A stretch of 36,128 bases of DNA from contig JAJRWS010000696.1 in the NCBI GenBank assembly GCA_024276705.1, positions 1 to 36,128 of the forward strand, given 5' to 3'. The stretch's first letter is position 1. Every line of letters begins with the position of its first letter. This DNA comes from Planctomycetota bacterium (GTDB lineage: Bacteria > Planctomycetota > Planctomycetia > Pirellulales > Lacipirellulaceae). The notes under the pieces were generated by a model. The model made no database searches. It worked only from the letters and a program-made list of their open reading frames with translations, and was not told where the DNA came from. Of the stretch, positions 1-8,311 are shown in pieces. The translations under genes and the position numbers were made by a program.

Positions 1-262
1 CTAATCTTCGCTAATTTGGATCAGTGAAGATTAGCGTCGATGAGTGTTCTTATTCTCGTATCACCCGGTCTGTAATTCATGAAATACTCAGAAAATCATT
101 CTGCCCTCAACGATTCTGTCATCTCCAAGCAGGCAGTATTCTGTGTAGTACAAATGGGGAGTGGCAGAATGATGGGGGCAGTATCATGAAGCCAATGGAC
201 TACATGATTTAAGTCGCTTTCCTGAATTCGAGTGAGGTGTTACATTTACAGCAATAAATGAG

Positions 263-290
263 TTGACAATAATGTCACATGTGTCATAAT
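263..290 (+). promoter_or_regulatory. Sigma70-like promoter (TTGACA, 16 nt, CATAAT) overlapped by TGACA/TGTCA operator-like repeats
   Basis: Sequence ttgacaataatgtcacatgtgtcataat. It contains a TGACA-ataa-TGTCA inverted repeat followed by TGTCA-taat-TGTCA, about 50 nt upstream of the ATG at 338. Confidence 0.4.
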
Positions 291-337
291 TGTCATATGC
301 GTCTGGGTGTTTGTTTGACGGAATGGGGTAAATAGGG

Positions 338-895
338 ATGCGACTGCCCGATTTTACTGAGAATGATGTATTGCCATCGGATGACTACGCTATGTCCATT
401 TCCGAGCTAAGGCAATCAATGCTTGTCACAGGGCGGCATGGGGTAACGCGTTCCAATTGGGATAGTCAATGGCGAGAACAGTTGGTGGATAATGCGGGTA
501 TCTTGGTGCAGCAGCTATTTGACGTTGGGATCACTGAAATATTTTTCGATGGATCATTTGTCGAGAACAAAGCCCGTCCAGGTGACATCGACGGTTACTT
601 TGAATGCCCGTGGCAAATGTACACAAGTGGTGAATTGGAAACGAAACTAAACCTGAGAGATCAACACTCGGCATGGACTTGGGCACCAAATGATTTACAG
701 CTCTATGCAGGGAAAAGGCGATTGCCTATGTGGATTCATTATCGAGTGGAGCTTTATCCTCACTTGATCGGTTGCCCATGGGACCAGGGATCTGGAATCC
801 AAGATCAGTATGGCAATGATTTGCAGTTTCCCTCGGCATTCAGGCAATCCAGGGATTTCATCCAAAAGGGCGTGATAAAAATACGGCTAGAGTGA
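338..895 (+). CDS. Minimal Pol-beta-superfamily nucleotidyltransferase-like protein (DUF6932-like)
   Basis: 185-aa ORF. The motif DGSFVENKARPGDIDGY fits the NTase signature G-S-x9-D-x-D. The N-terminus (LPDF..LPSDDYAMSISELRQSML) resembles that family. The family name is from memory. Confidence 0.6.
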   Translation: MRLPDFTENDVLPSDDYAMSISELRQSMLVTGRHGVTRSNWDSQWREQLVDNAGILVQQLFDVGITEIFFDGSFVENKARPGDIDGYFECPWQMYTSGELETKLNLRDQHSAWTWAPNDLQLYAGKRRLPMWIHYRVELYPHLIGCPWDQGSGIQDQYGNDLQFPSAFRQSRDFIQKGVIKIRLE

Positions 896-1045
896 CGCCT
901 AATGATTTCAGACAATAACATTAAATTCCAATTGTCAATTTATGCTCAGGCAACAGGTCGAATGAATAGCCTAATCGTCATTTTTTTAAAACACTGCTAG
1001 TCTGCAAGTTTCATGTGGAGTAATAGCTGGAAGGGAGATTGAAGA

Positions 1046-1513
1046 ATGATCCGAACAGATAAGGAATATGGAAAGACTGTAGAGCTTCTTTCTGAGTTTG
1101 AGTCTCGACTAGAGGCCAAGAAGATGGAACTTGCAAAGATGGACCTGACCGAAGGACAAGTTCAGAAAATCATTGATCCAGAAGTTGTATTCTATGGCCA
1201 AATGGCAAATGATATTGAGAGTTACGATCGCTTGCGTCGTCAGGATAAACGAGAGCTAGATAGGTACCACCAGTTTCAAGATCTGGGAAAACTTCTGATC
1301 GCCCTTCGCATTTTTTCTGGAAAAAGCCAGACAGACCTGGCGAAAGCTCTTGGCATTGATTCCTCACAAGTTTGTAGATACGAGAGAAACGAGTATCAAG
1401 GAATCTCGTTACCCAGAGTCCAAAAAATTCTGAATGCATTGCATGCTCCTCTTTGCGTTCATTATAGAAACTCATGCATATCCGATCACGATAGAGAACT
1501 CGACTATGTGTAA
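1046..1513 (+). CDS. Xre-family HTH DNA-binding protein with N-terminal coiled-coil (HigA-like antitoxin architecture)
   Basis: 155-aa ORF with GGAGA upstream of the ATG. The HTH_3-like segment is SGKSQTDLAKALGIDSSQVCRYERNEYQGISLPRVQKILNAL. The N-terminus (IRTDKEYGKTVELLSEFE) is typical of HigA-type antitoxins. Confidence 0.75.
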   Translation: MIRTDKEYGKTVELLSEFESRLEAKKMELAKMDLTEGQVQKIIDPEVVFYGQMANDIESYDRLRRQDKRELDRYHQFQDLGKLLIALRIFSGKSQTDLAKALGIDSSQVCRYERNEYQGISLPRVQKILNALHAPLCVHYRNSCISDHDRELDYV

Positions 1514-1549
1514 CTGTAATGATTGTGAAAAAGCCAAATTGAAATCCCG

Positions 1550-1627
1550 ATGAAAGTCCGTGATTTAAGAGAATTGGTAGCCGGCGGCGAGTCGGAAGGT
1601 GTCGAATTCAAACGATCGATCGGCTAG
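1550..1627 (+). pseudogene. N-terminal stub of an AlbA_2-domain (RecG-like putative DNA-binding) gene, ended by an in-frame TAG
   Basis: MKVRDLRELVAGGESEGVEFKRSIG* matches the usual start of AlbA_2/HATPase_c_4 proteins (E..~LEFKRS). The rest of the domain is missing. Confidence 0.45.
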
Positions 1628-1939
1628 CGGACCGAAGCAGCCATAACGGCTTGCGGTATGCTCAGCCGTGGCCGTGGCCAACGTGGGCTAGAATCGTTCG
1701 TTGTCGAGACAGAGCACGCGGCCACGTTTCTACTGCGTAACGCGCGAAGACGGTCTCTTGACGGCGTCCACTGCTGCTGGGCCGTCCTGGAGGAGATAAC
1801 GGCCTGCGAGATTATGCGCCAAGTCGGCTCACGGCGATTTGAAGACGCATTCCAAATGCTTCGCATCGAGTTGGGGTGTTTACCCTTCAGGATGCCTGTC
1901 CGTTTTTACGTTCCATTTTTCAATGAAAGGAAGATACCG

Positions 1940-2376
1940 ATGACTGATTTGACACGTGCAAGCCAAGAGCTTTATCGACGACATCACCAGACGAACGGTT
2001 CGGATCGCTTCGCGAACTGGCCGTCCATTGCCAGCAGGAGAAGCAATTCTCCAGTGATTGCTGGCAGTTGCCCCAGTCGCTCGCGCCCCGAGTCCGTAAT
2101 GGCTCGGTCACGATGGACCTCGAAGGGTTTGACGATCCGTTCCATTTGACCGAAAAACTCGGATCCGATGCCGAGTCGGTCGTGAAAGAGTTGTGCAAGA
2201 ACGGCATCCCCCGCCATTTGGCCCGCGATGCGACGGAACTCGCCCGCAAGCAGGGTGGGTTCACGATCTTTTCGCTCGTCGATGCGCTGACCCGGATGAC
2301 GCATACGGTCAAGTTCGTTGGCGACCGGGCGGAGGCCGACTCCAAGATCGGGTTGCTGCTTTCGTTGGCCGCGTGA
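1940..2376 (+). pseudogene. DUF932-family (ICE/plasmid-associated) gene remnant, frameshifted near 1982-1986 and internally deleted
   Basis: MTDLTRASQELYRR (frame 2) continues in frame 1 as SPDERFGSLRELAVHCQQEK. It then jumps to the family C-terminus DAESVVKELCKNGIPRHLARDATELARKQGGFTIFSLVDALTRM..GDRAEADSKIGLLLSLAA. Only about 115 of about 300 aa remain. Confidence 0.6.
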
Positions 2377-2529
2377 AGCGTCTCCATGGGTAGTTTGTAA
2401 CTCGGCCAACAGCCGTTGTGGCTATTGGTTGAGTGCGGAATGTTTTGTGCGGAGAGGAACTGTCGCAAGACGGTTTCGCTTCGCTTTACCCTTTGTGATT
2501 GTTTTTTTCACGAAAGGAGCCTATTCAAA

Positions 2530-2751
2530 ATGGCTACACAACAACAAGAACGACGTTCCAAGAAGCGCCCGGTCCACGAGCTGCGTCTCGGCCGTATTCG
2601 GGCCGCTGTTTGGGAAAACTCGACCGAGAACGGCACCCGGCACAATGTGACGGTCAGCCGATTCTACAAGGATGGCGACGACTGGCGCGATTCGACCAGC
2701 TTTGGACGCAACGACCTGCCGCTATTGTCCAAGGTCGCCGACATGGCCCAT
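2530..2751 (+). pseudogene. 5' part of a small conserved mobile-element protein, fused in frame to the following gene wreck
   Basis: AAGGAG lies upstream of the ATG. MATQQQERRSKKRPVHELRLGRIRAAVWENSTENGTRHNVTVSRFYKDGDDWRDSTSFGRNDLPLLSKVADMAH looks like a complete family core. It then runs directly into unrelated RecG-like sequence. Confidence 0.4.
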
Positions 2752-3626
2752 ATCCTCGACCGGCTTGGTCTTCGCCGCGATGGCGTGATAACCCAGGCGG
2801 CCCAGATACTCTTCGGCACACGGTTCCTGCCCGATTACCCGCAAGGCCGCTTGAAACTGGGGCGCTTCCGCGGCACGAAAATCACCGGCGAAATACTGGA
2901 CAACAAGCAAGAGTACATGCACGCCTTTGCGATGGTCCGGGAGGCGATGGCCTTTCTCGACCGCACGCTGCCACTCTCCGGGCACTTCGTCGAAGGCCGC
3001 ATCGAGCGTGAGGACCGACTCCCCTTCCACCCGATGCGTTGCGCGAGGTGCTCCTGAACGCGGTGATGCACCGCGATTACGCCCACCCAGGCGGACACGT
3101 TGCCGTCGCGGTGTTCGACGATCGGATCGATATCTGGAGCCTCGGAAGTCTACCTGCCGGCATCACCACCGAGATGCTTTCCGGCCCTCATCAATCGGTT
3201 CTTCGCAATCCCCTCATTGCCGAGACCTTCCACCGTACTGGAGCCGTGGAAGTTTGGGGCCGAGGCACGAACCGCGTAATCGAGGAATGCAAGCGGTACG
3301 GCGTCGAGCCACCGAGCTTTGAGGAACAGAGCGGTGCCGTCGTGGTCACCTTTCGAGCGATCATCGGACCTACCCCGCAAGTTGCCCCGCAAGTTACCCC
3401 GCAAGTTCTTGCAATTCTCGCGGCTGCCGATAATCCCTGTAGTCGGAGCGAACTTCAGGAGATCACGAGCTTGAAGGACCGGGAGCATTTCCGAACCGCA
3501 TATTTGGAACCTTTACTCGAAGCAGGTTGGATTGAAATGACCATCCCCGACAAACCGCGTAGCTCCAAGCAGCAGTACCGGATAACGGACGCCGGCCGAC
3601 AGATCCTCGAACGGCGCGAGCAATAA
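2752..3626 (+). pseudogene. AlbA_2/HATPase_c_4 (RecG-like putative transcriptional regulator) gene, 5'-deleted and frameshifted near 3030
   Basis: ..AAQILFGTRF..GRFRGTKI..LPFHP (frame 1) then PDALREVLLNAVMHRDY..GRGTNRVIEECKRYG.. (frame 0). There is a C-terminal wHTH-like tail. A 1-nt shift lies at the C-run around 3028-3033. Confidence 0.65.
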
Positions 3627-3746
3627 TCACCCGAGCTATGCGACCAAGAGGGCCGCTGTCCAAAAGTCCGCCACGCCAGCACTGCGCAGGCCTATTGTGG
3701 CTAACCTGCTTGATATTTTCACTGGATACTGCATATTCACTGCGTA

Positions 3747-4397
3747 GTGAAACGCTTATTTCGAGTGATTACATGTCGGCCCCATGAATCGAGTCTGGCC
3801 CAAATGTTGCGAGACGACCTGGCTGCCGCCCGAAAGGCATGGCTGAACGAGGCCAAAAGTGATCCCGAGGAGCGTTTGCGGCGTGAGCAGGGCGATTTCC
3901 TTGCCGCCACGAACCACGAAGGCGAACGGTTTGATTTCCACTCCCTCCGGCATACGTGTGGGGCATGGCTGGCGATGGCGGGAGAGCACCCCAAGGTGAT
4001 TCAAACTCTCATGCGGCATTCGAGCATCACGTTGACGATGGATACCTACGGCCATCTCTTCCCAGGGCAGGAGGCGGACGCAGTCGACCGATTGAGGGAT
4101 TGGATGGCCGGCGACCGGCCCGAGGCGTTGCAAGCGACCGGAACCGACAATCGAGCCATTCTGGACGAGGAACGTCCCCGGCGCGCAGCGCATATGCAGC
4201 GAGCAGGACGCGAAACGGGGCAAAATGGTGCGAGGCGTTGCGAAGAGAATTCAAACGCCGTGGCGAAAAGGAAATCGCCTAAGTCCTTGCAAATTGCGGA
4301 CTTAGGCGATTGCTTGCAAGACGATGCGACACTATTCAATAGTAGCGGAGGAGGGACTCGAACCCCCGACACGCGGATTATGATTCCGCTGCTCTAA
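3747..4397 (+). pseudogene. Tyrosine recombinase (phage-type integrase), C-terminal fragment only
   Basis: FDFHSLRHTCGAWLAMAGEHPKVIQTLMRHSSITLTMDTYGHL carries the HxxR and catalytic Tyr boxes. The N-terminal SAM-like domain and the first catalytic Arg box are absent. The ORF tail runs into the tRNA and is probably not meaningful. Confidence 0.7.
4273..4311. repeat. Perfect 14-bp inverted repeat (hairpin) between the integrase catalytic region and the tRNA
   Basis: aatcgcctaagtcc-ttgcaaattgc-ggacttaggcgatt. There is no U-tract, so its function (terminator, att-related or other) is unknown. Confidence 0.5.
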
Positions 4398-4416
4398 CCA
4401 ACTGAGCTACTCCGCC
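4343..4416 (-). tRNA. tRNA-Met: tRNA with CAT anticodon (elongator Met, or Ile2 if lysidine-modified)
   Basis: Reverse complement GGCGGAG-TA-GCTC-AGTTGGTTA-GAGC-A-GCGGA-ATCATAA-TCCGC-GTGTC-GGGGG-TTCGAGT-CCCTC-CTCCGCT-A folds as a cloverleaf by hand. No encoded CCA. Confidence 0.9.
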
Positions 4417-4618
4417 ATAGGGCTATATTTATAGCCTCAAGCAGTGTTTCTTGGGAAGTCATAAAATAACGAATTGCTACCGGCTTGATCAGGGCACCTT
4501 GATCAGGACTCATTGACGACACCTGCTGGCAGGCACCACCAGACCTCTGGCAAGCACTCCGGCCACCGTACAGGATCCCCCAACGCTGACGGTCAACTTG
4601 GACGAATAAACGGTTCCG

Positions 4619-4813
4619 ATGACGGTCCATACGCTTTGGATCGATGCCCACATCGCTGGGACGGTGTCGCGAACGACACTTGTCACGACGTCCAAGGATC
4701 CACATGATCGCGATCTCGAGGGGGAACTCACCTTCCCGCTTCCGAACGGTGCGGCGCTATGTGGTTATGCGATGCGATCCCTTTGCGACTGTTCCATGGT
4801 GATATGTCAGTGA
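4619..4813 (+). pseudogene. Fragment resembling the N-terminus of a VIT (vault inter-alpha-trypsin) domain protein
   Basis: VHTLWIDAHIAGTVSRTTLVTTSKDPHDRDLEGELTFPLPNGAALCGYAM fits the VIT pattern (I.g..a.t.v...f.N....lEg.y.FPLP..Aav.gf.m). Similarity ends at about 4774 and no downstream vWA region follows. Confidence 0.35.
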
Positions 4814-4881
4814 ACGAGTAACGCGGCCATTCGGATGTACGGACTGCCAGTAGTCTGAAAAATCCTCGGAAATTAAAAATC

Positions 4882-6036
4882 TCAGCATCCATCAACTTCC
4901 GTCGTAGCAGCTCGGAACTCGCCCACGAGCCAATCAAGCGTGTCGGTGAAGCCTTGAAGCTGCTTTTCGTCAGTCAAACTGGATATCGGAATCTTTGGAA
5001 ATCCCTCCATGCCGGCCTCCGTGATTTTCAAACCGGGGATTTTCTCGATGCGTTTGAATAGTTCATCTCGTTTTTCAACATTGTCGAATGGCGGATGATC
5101 TTTCAGCCATCTCATCTGGATAGCGACCATGCCTTTCTGCTGCACCGAAAATGGGAAAACGCGTCGGTCAGGCAATTGCAGGATTGGCATGAAGTTTGCC
5201 CCTCTTTTCCCCGTCGAAAAGTTGTGGGCCATGCCCTGCCTGGTTGCCCAGTCAATCAGGCAATTCGCCACGTCCACTTCCGCCGCTGTCCGGTCGGTGG
5301 CAATTTCCGCCATATACTCGGCCTCGGTGATATCCTCCCTTTTGCTGGACCCAGTGGCTTTATTCTGTCGTGCCCGCTCCGTCTGACCGAGAACCCGGGG
5401 AACAAGCGTCTTCATTCCCGCACCGACATACTGTTTGAGCTCAATGGCAAGAACTTCAGCCGGATCCATCTGCTCGTTCAGGAACTCGACCACTCGGCGA
5501 AGTTCGGTAGGAATCGAATCAGCAAGAAAGACCACCCGAATCCGGCCAGCTTGGAGATTTGTTTTTACACGTTGCCAAAAATCGTCGATCTCTTGGTCCT
5601 CACTGAGAAAAGTGGCCAGCACTTCTTCAGGATCATCATTGTCCTTCTCGCAACGGATTTCAAACTTTGCCTGGATTTGCTCGACAGGCCAGTAGGCAAC
5701 AGCATTGGCCGCATAGTCGAGTATCTGACCAATGACTTCCCTGCGAATGCGGGTGTCGCTGCTCCGTTTAACTTCGACTAATGTGGGCACAGCGTCTTGG
5801 TCCAGAAATAAATGGTCGAGCGACCAGCGGGCGGAACCATCTTGTTCATCGGGGACTGACATTTCGCGAGTGACCAGCAGCCAGCGTCTTGGCTCTTCAC
5901 TGTTGATCTGCTCGCCTGCCAATAGATCGGGATGTTTCGCCAAAAGTTCTTGCAGGAGGCTCTCCGAGTCATAGGACGCTTCCTCCATGGCCAAGAGTTC
6001 CGAGCTGTCATCGAGGAGATAGATTCTTCCAGTCAT
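4882..6036 (-). CDS. NucS/DUF91-like PD-(D/E)xK nuclease-fold protein with a C-terminal extension
   Basis: 384-aa ORF with AGGAA upstream of the ATG. LDHLFLDQDAVPTLVEVKRSSDTRIRREVIGQILDYAA matches a D..(D/E)xK restriction-endonuclease-like core. Confidence 0.65.
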   Translation of the reverse strand: MTGRIYLLDDSSELLAMEEASYDSESLLQELLAKHPDLLAGEQINSEEPRRWLLVTREMSVPDEQDGSARWSLDHLFLDQDAVPTLVEVKRSSDTRIRREVIGQILDYAANAVAYWPVEQIQAKFEIRCEKDNDDPEEVLATFLSEDQEIDDFWQRVKTNLQAGRIRVVFLADSIPTELRRVVEFLNEQMDPAEVLAIELKQYVGAGMKTLVPRVLGQTERARQNKATGSSKREDITEAEYMAEIATDRTAAEVDVANCLIDWATRQGMAHNFSTGKRGANFMPILQLPDRRVFPFSVQQKGMVAIQMRWLKDHPPFDNVEKRDELFKRIEKIPGLKITEAGMEGFPKIPISSLTDEKQLQGFTDTLDWLVGEFRAATTEVDGC

Positions 6037-6769
6037 GGATAGTTCCTGGTGTTCCGAAGAGGATTGGTGACGATAGTAGTTCTGTTGCCATCTGAGTCAT
6101 CACGAGTGGCGCTGAGGGATTTGGCCTGACGACGCGCCCGGCAACCTGGTCTAGCCCCAAGGTGCCAAAGCCATTGACGATGCAGCTCGGTGCGAGCAAA
6201 CAACGGCAGGACAGTCCTCCCGTTACGTGGAGTTTTCCGCGCGCTGGTCGCGGTATCGGAATGCATTGAGGATCGGACACTTTTTCGGTATTCCTGGAAG
6301 CGAATAGGAAGGAAGGCAATCATGCCACATCGAATCTGGAAGCACCAATGTACGGGCGAGAAACATTTCGTAAGACGGGGCCGTGAGCAGTGCGATACAT
6401 GCGGGGCGATCGGGCAATATGATTGTTGGGGCTACAGCATGGTTGAGGCGATGGGCGCTCATCGTACTGGAAAATATGCAATGTCCCCATGACTGGCCAC
6501 ATTTTGGGTGCCCCCAGCCCTTGGCTCATACAAATCGGTTGGTACGCCGACGGTTACCCTTCTCCTTTCGGTAAGAGACCATGCTCGGAAATGCGGACGA
6601 TCCCAGGAAAGCTAATAGGCCACTCTACGACACCAACCGCTAAAGCCCCACAGGGTCTTCTAGATATTTCTCTCCAATTTATCAAGCAAACTCCAGAGGC
6701 CTGAATGGTAGTTCCCTTCTGACATCGCCCCGGAACGATACTGCTTATGCAGTCTTTCAATCGCTCTTA

Positions 6770-7081
6770 CTAGCTCCTGTGCTTTTTCTCCTGGTGATTT
6801 GCCGAATCGATCACAAAAGGCTTTGAACTCATCGCCTGAAAGTAAGCCGTCAGCCCTGGGCGTGACGAAGGATTTTCTGCAACGCGCTGAACTCTGTACG
6901 GATACACACCTTGAGATTTGACCTGGGAAATGGCTGTGTCTTCATCGTCAGCCTCGATGACGAATTGACGGTCTTTTCCGGTGGATGCATCAGCACCAGT
7001 AATGCAGAACTTCACGTGAGTGCCTAATCGGTTTGCGATTGATGTATTGCGTTTGAGATCGCGGATTGGAAATGGTGCCAT
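6770..7081 (-). CDS. Hypothetical small protein; probably continues in another frame to 6660 (apparent frameshift near 6855-6870)
   Basis: The N-terminal two-thirds look protein-like (KDRQFVIEADDEDTAISQVKSQGVYPYRVQ). The tail in this frame looks random. A shifted frame encodes ADGLLSGDEFKAFCDRFGKSPGEKAQELVRAIERLHKQY.. ending at a TAG (6660-6662). Confidence 0.45.
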   Translation of the reverse strand: MAPFPIRDLKRNTSIANRLGTHVKFCITGADASTGKDRQFVIEADDEDTAISQVKSQGVYPYRVQRVAENPSSRPGLTAYFQAMSSKPFVIDSANHQEKKHRS

Positions 7082-7175
7082 CCGACTGCCCTGGCTCTAT
7101 TGCGACGGCATCAGAATCATAAAATGGTGAGGAAGCTTTATCGGACAAACTTCCATTGCATTTTCGGCAGTGAAG

Positions 7176-7529
7176 CTACACTTCAATTTTGCATCGACGG
7201 CTGATGCTGACTGCCGATAAGCCGAGTAGCGACCAGACGATGAAGGTGGTGGCTTCGGGGACAGCGTTATTTGTGTCGCTGTAATCTTCGTGCGTGTAAC
7301 GAGAACGTTGATACAGGTACGGATTGCGGGGATAAAAGTACCGTACACCGGCACGATACATCACCTGGTTACTAAAACGGTTTGCCTGCATCAAGACACG
7401 GTTTCCGTAAACGCCGTAGCCACCATAGGGAAGACCACCGGCAACGCCATGCACCGGGTTGCGGACTCCCTGTCCATGGGCGCACGCCACCATCAAAAGC
7501 ATAAAGGTAGTCAAAAGCAATGTTCTCAT
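7176..7529 (-). CDS. Small secreted PEP-CTERM-anchored protein, Gly/Tyr-rich
   Basis: Internal start gives the signal peptide MRTLLLTTFMLLMVACAHG. The C-terminus VPEATTFIVWSLLGLSAVSISRR has the PEP-CTERM pattern. Confidence 0.65.
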   Translation of the reverse strand: MRTLLLTTFMLLMVACAHGQGVRNPVHGVAGGLPYGGYGVYGNRVLMQANRFSNQVMYRAGVRYFYPRNPYLYQRSRYTHEDYSDTNNAVPEATTFIVWSLLGLSAVSISRRCKIEV

Positions 7530-7917
7530 GTCGCAGCCCCTTTTTTTACTGGCGGGAGAGAAGTCTTGTGATTGGCTGGCAGTACATTCTTCTAGACTAC
7601 CACGCATTTGCCGTGCCACATGGACCGCGACTGCAAATCAAGCTCTATTCACTCGTGCCTGGGTTAAGAAGTGCCGTCATTTGGCGCACAAGTGTAGTCA
7701 GTTTGACGAGTATTTTGTGCATGGAACGCTGCGGTTCCACATCTTACAGTAAAAGAGGCAATTCCCCCGTCGCTGGCTACATTTTGGGTACCAAGCACTC
7801 GCCACATATAAATCGTTTAGGACGTTCAACTTGATTGCAAACTGAAACGGCCCAGCAAGATGCCAGGCCGTGTTGAGTCGTCCAGTTCGGTTGCAATGCT
7901 ACGCCCCGAAGGGGAAG

Positions 7918-8223
7918 TCACATGCTAGATGTTGGTGAACCTGACGAATGATCTTTGACGTCCCATCCATGGTCTACGTACATTTTTACATGAGCTGGAA
8001 CGTATTTTATGGAATCGAGCTTATCGGCCCCCAGGTGAACATAAAATGATGAATCTTTCAAATTGTACGATACGGAATAGGGCTTCCTTGGGGTATGCCA
8101 AACCGGGTGATCGAACTCGATGTCCGTAGTGGGAGCGAATGGAAGCTCGACTTGAAGTTCAGCGGATCCTTGGCCCTCATCGTCTGGTGATAAAAAATCG
8201 ACGTGAAAAATTACGTTGTGCAT
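7918..8223 (-). CDS. Hypothetical protein (about 101 aa)
   Basis: The ATG at 8223 is preceded by AGAGG. MHNVIFHVDFLSPDDEGQGSAELQVELPF.. The upstream part of the longer ORF overlaps the previous gene and looks non-coding. Confidence 0.45.
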   Translation of the reverse strand: MHNVIFHVDFLSPDDEGQGSAELQVELPFAPTTDIEFDHPVWHTPRKPYSVSYNLKDSSFYVHLGADKLDSIKYVPAHVKMYVDHGWDVKDHSSGSPTSSM

Positions 8224-8311
8224 TGTGTACCTCTGAGCGGAAATAGGACTATCAAAACACAGGACATCTGGGGGGGATTCGGGCCGATGAAGGCATTGGT
8301 TCAACGCAAAC

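Larger units (their letters stand above)
1..4342. mobile_element. Decayed integrative element / genomic-island remnant abutting the 3' end of tRNA-Met; left boundary not in window
   Basis: An integrase fragment points toward the tRNA 3' end. DUF932 and AlbA_2/HATPase_c_4 gene wrecks are present. Bases 1-1550 are visibly AT-richer than the rest of the window. No second att repeat was found inside the window. Confidence 0.5.

Noticed and set aside
24-212. 62-aa ORF at the left edge
   Set aside because: It starts inside the shared end motif and has a GTG start. It has no RBS or motif, so it is probably non-coding.
1658-2468. ORFs 1658-2149 (+), 1920-2468 (-), 1984-2409 (-), 2193-2393 (+), 2318-2650 (+)
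   Set aside because: They lie across the DUF932 and AlbA_2 wreckage. Only the frames described as pseudogene fragments show family-like sequence.
4100-4397. Integrase ORF tail extending through the hairpin into the tRNA
   Set aside because: It lies beyond the catalytic Tyr region, has no conserved character, and overlaps the tRNA. It is treated as read-through of a dead gene.
5095-5781. 228-aa plus-strand ORF
   Set aside because: It is antisense to the NucS-like gene and has no motifs or plausible RBS.
6322-6492. 57-codon Cys-containing ORF (MPHRIWKHQCTGEKHFVRRGREQCDTCG..) with a GGAAGG upstream
   Set aside because: It is too short and has no recognisable family. It is kept only as a possibility.
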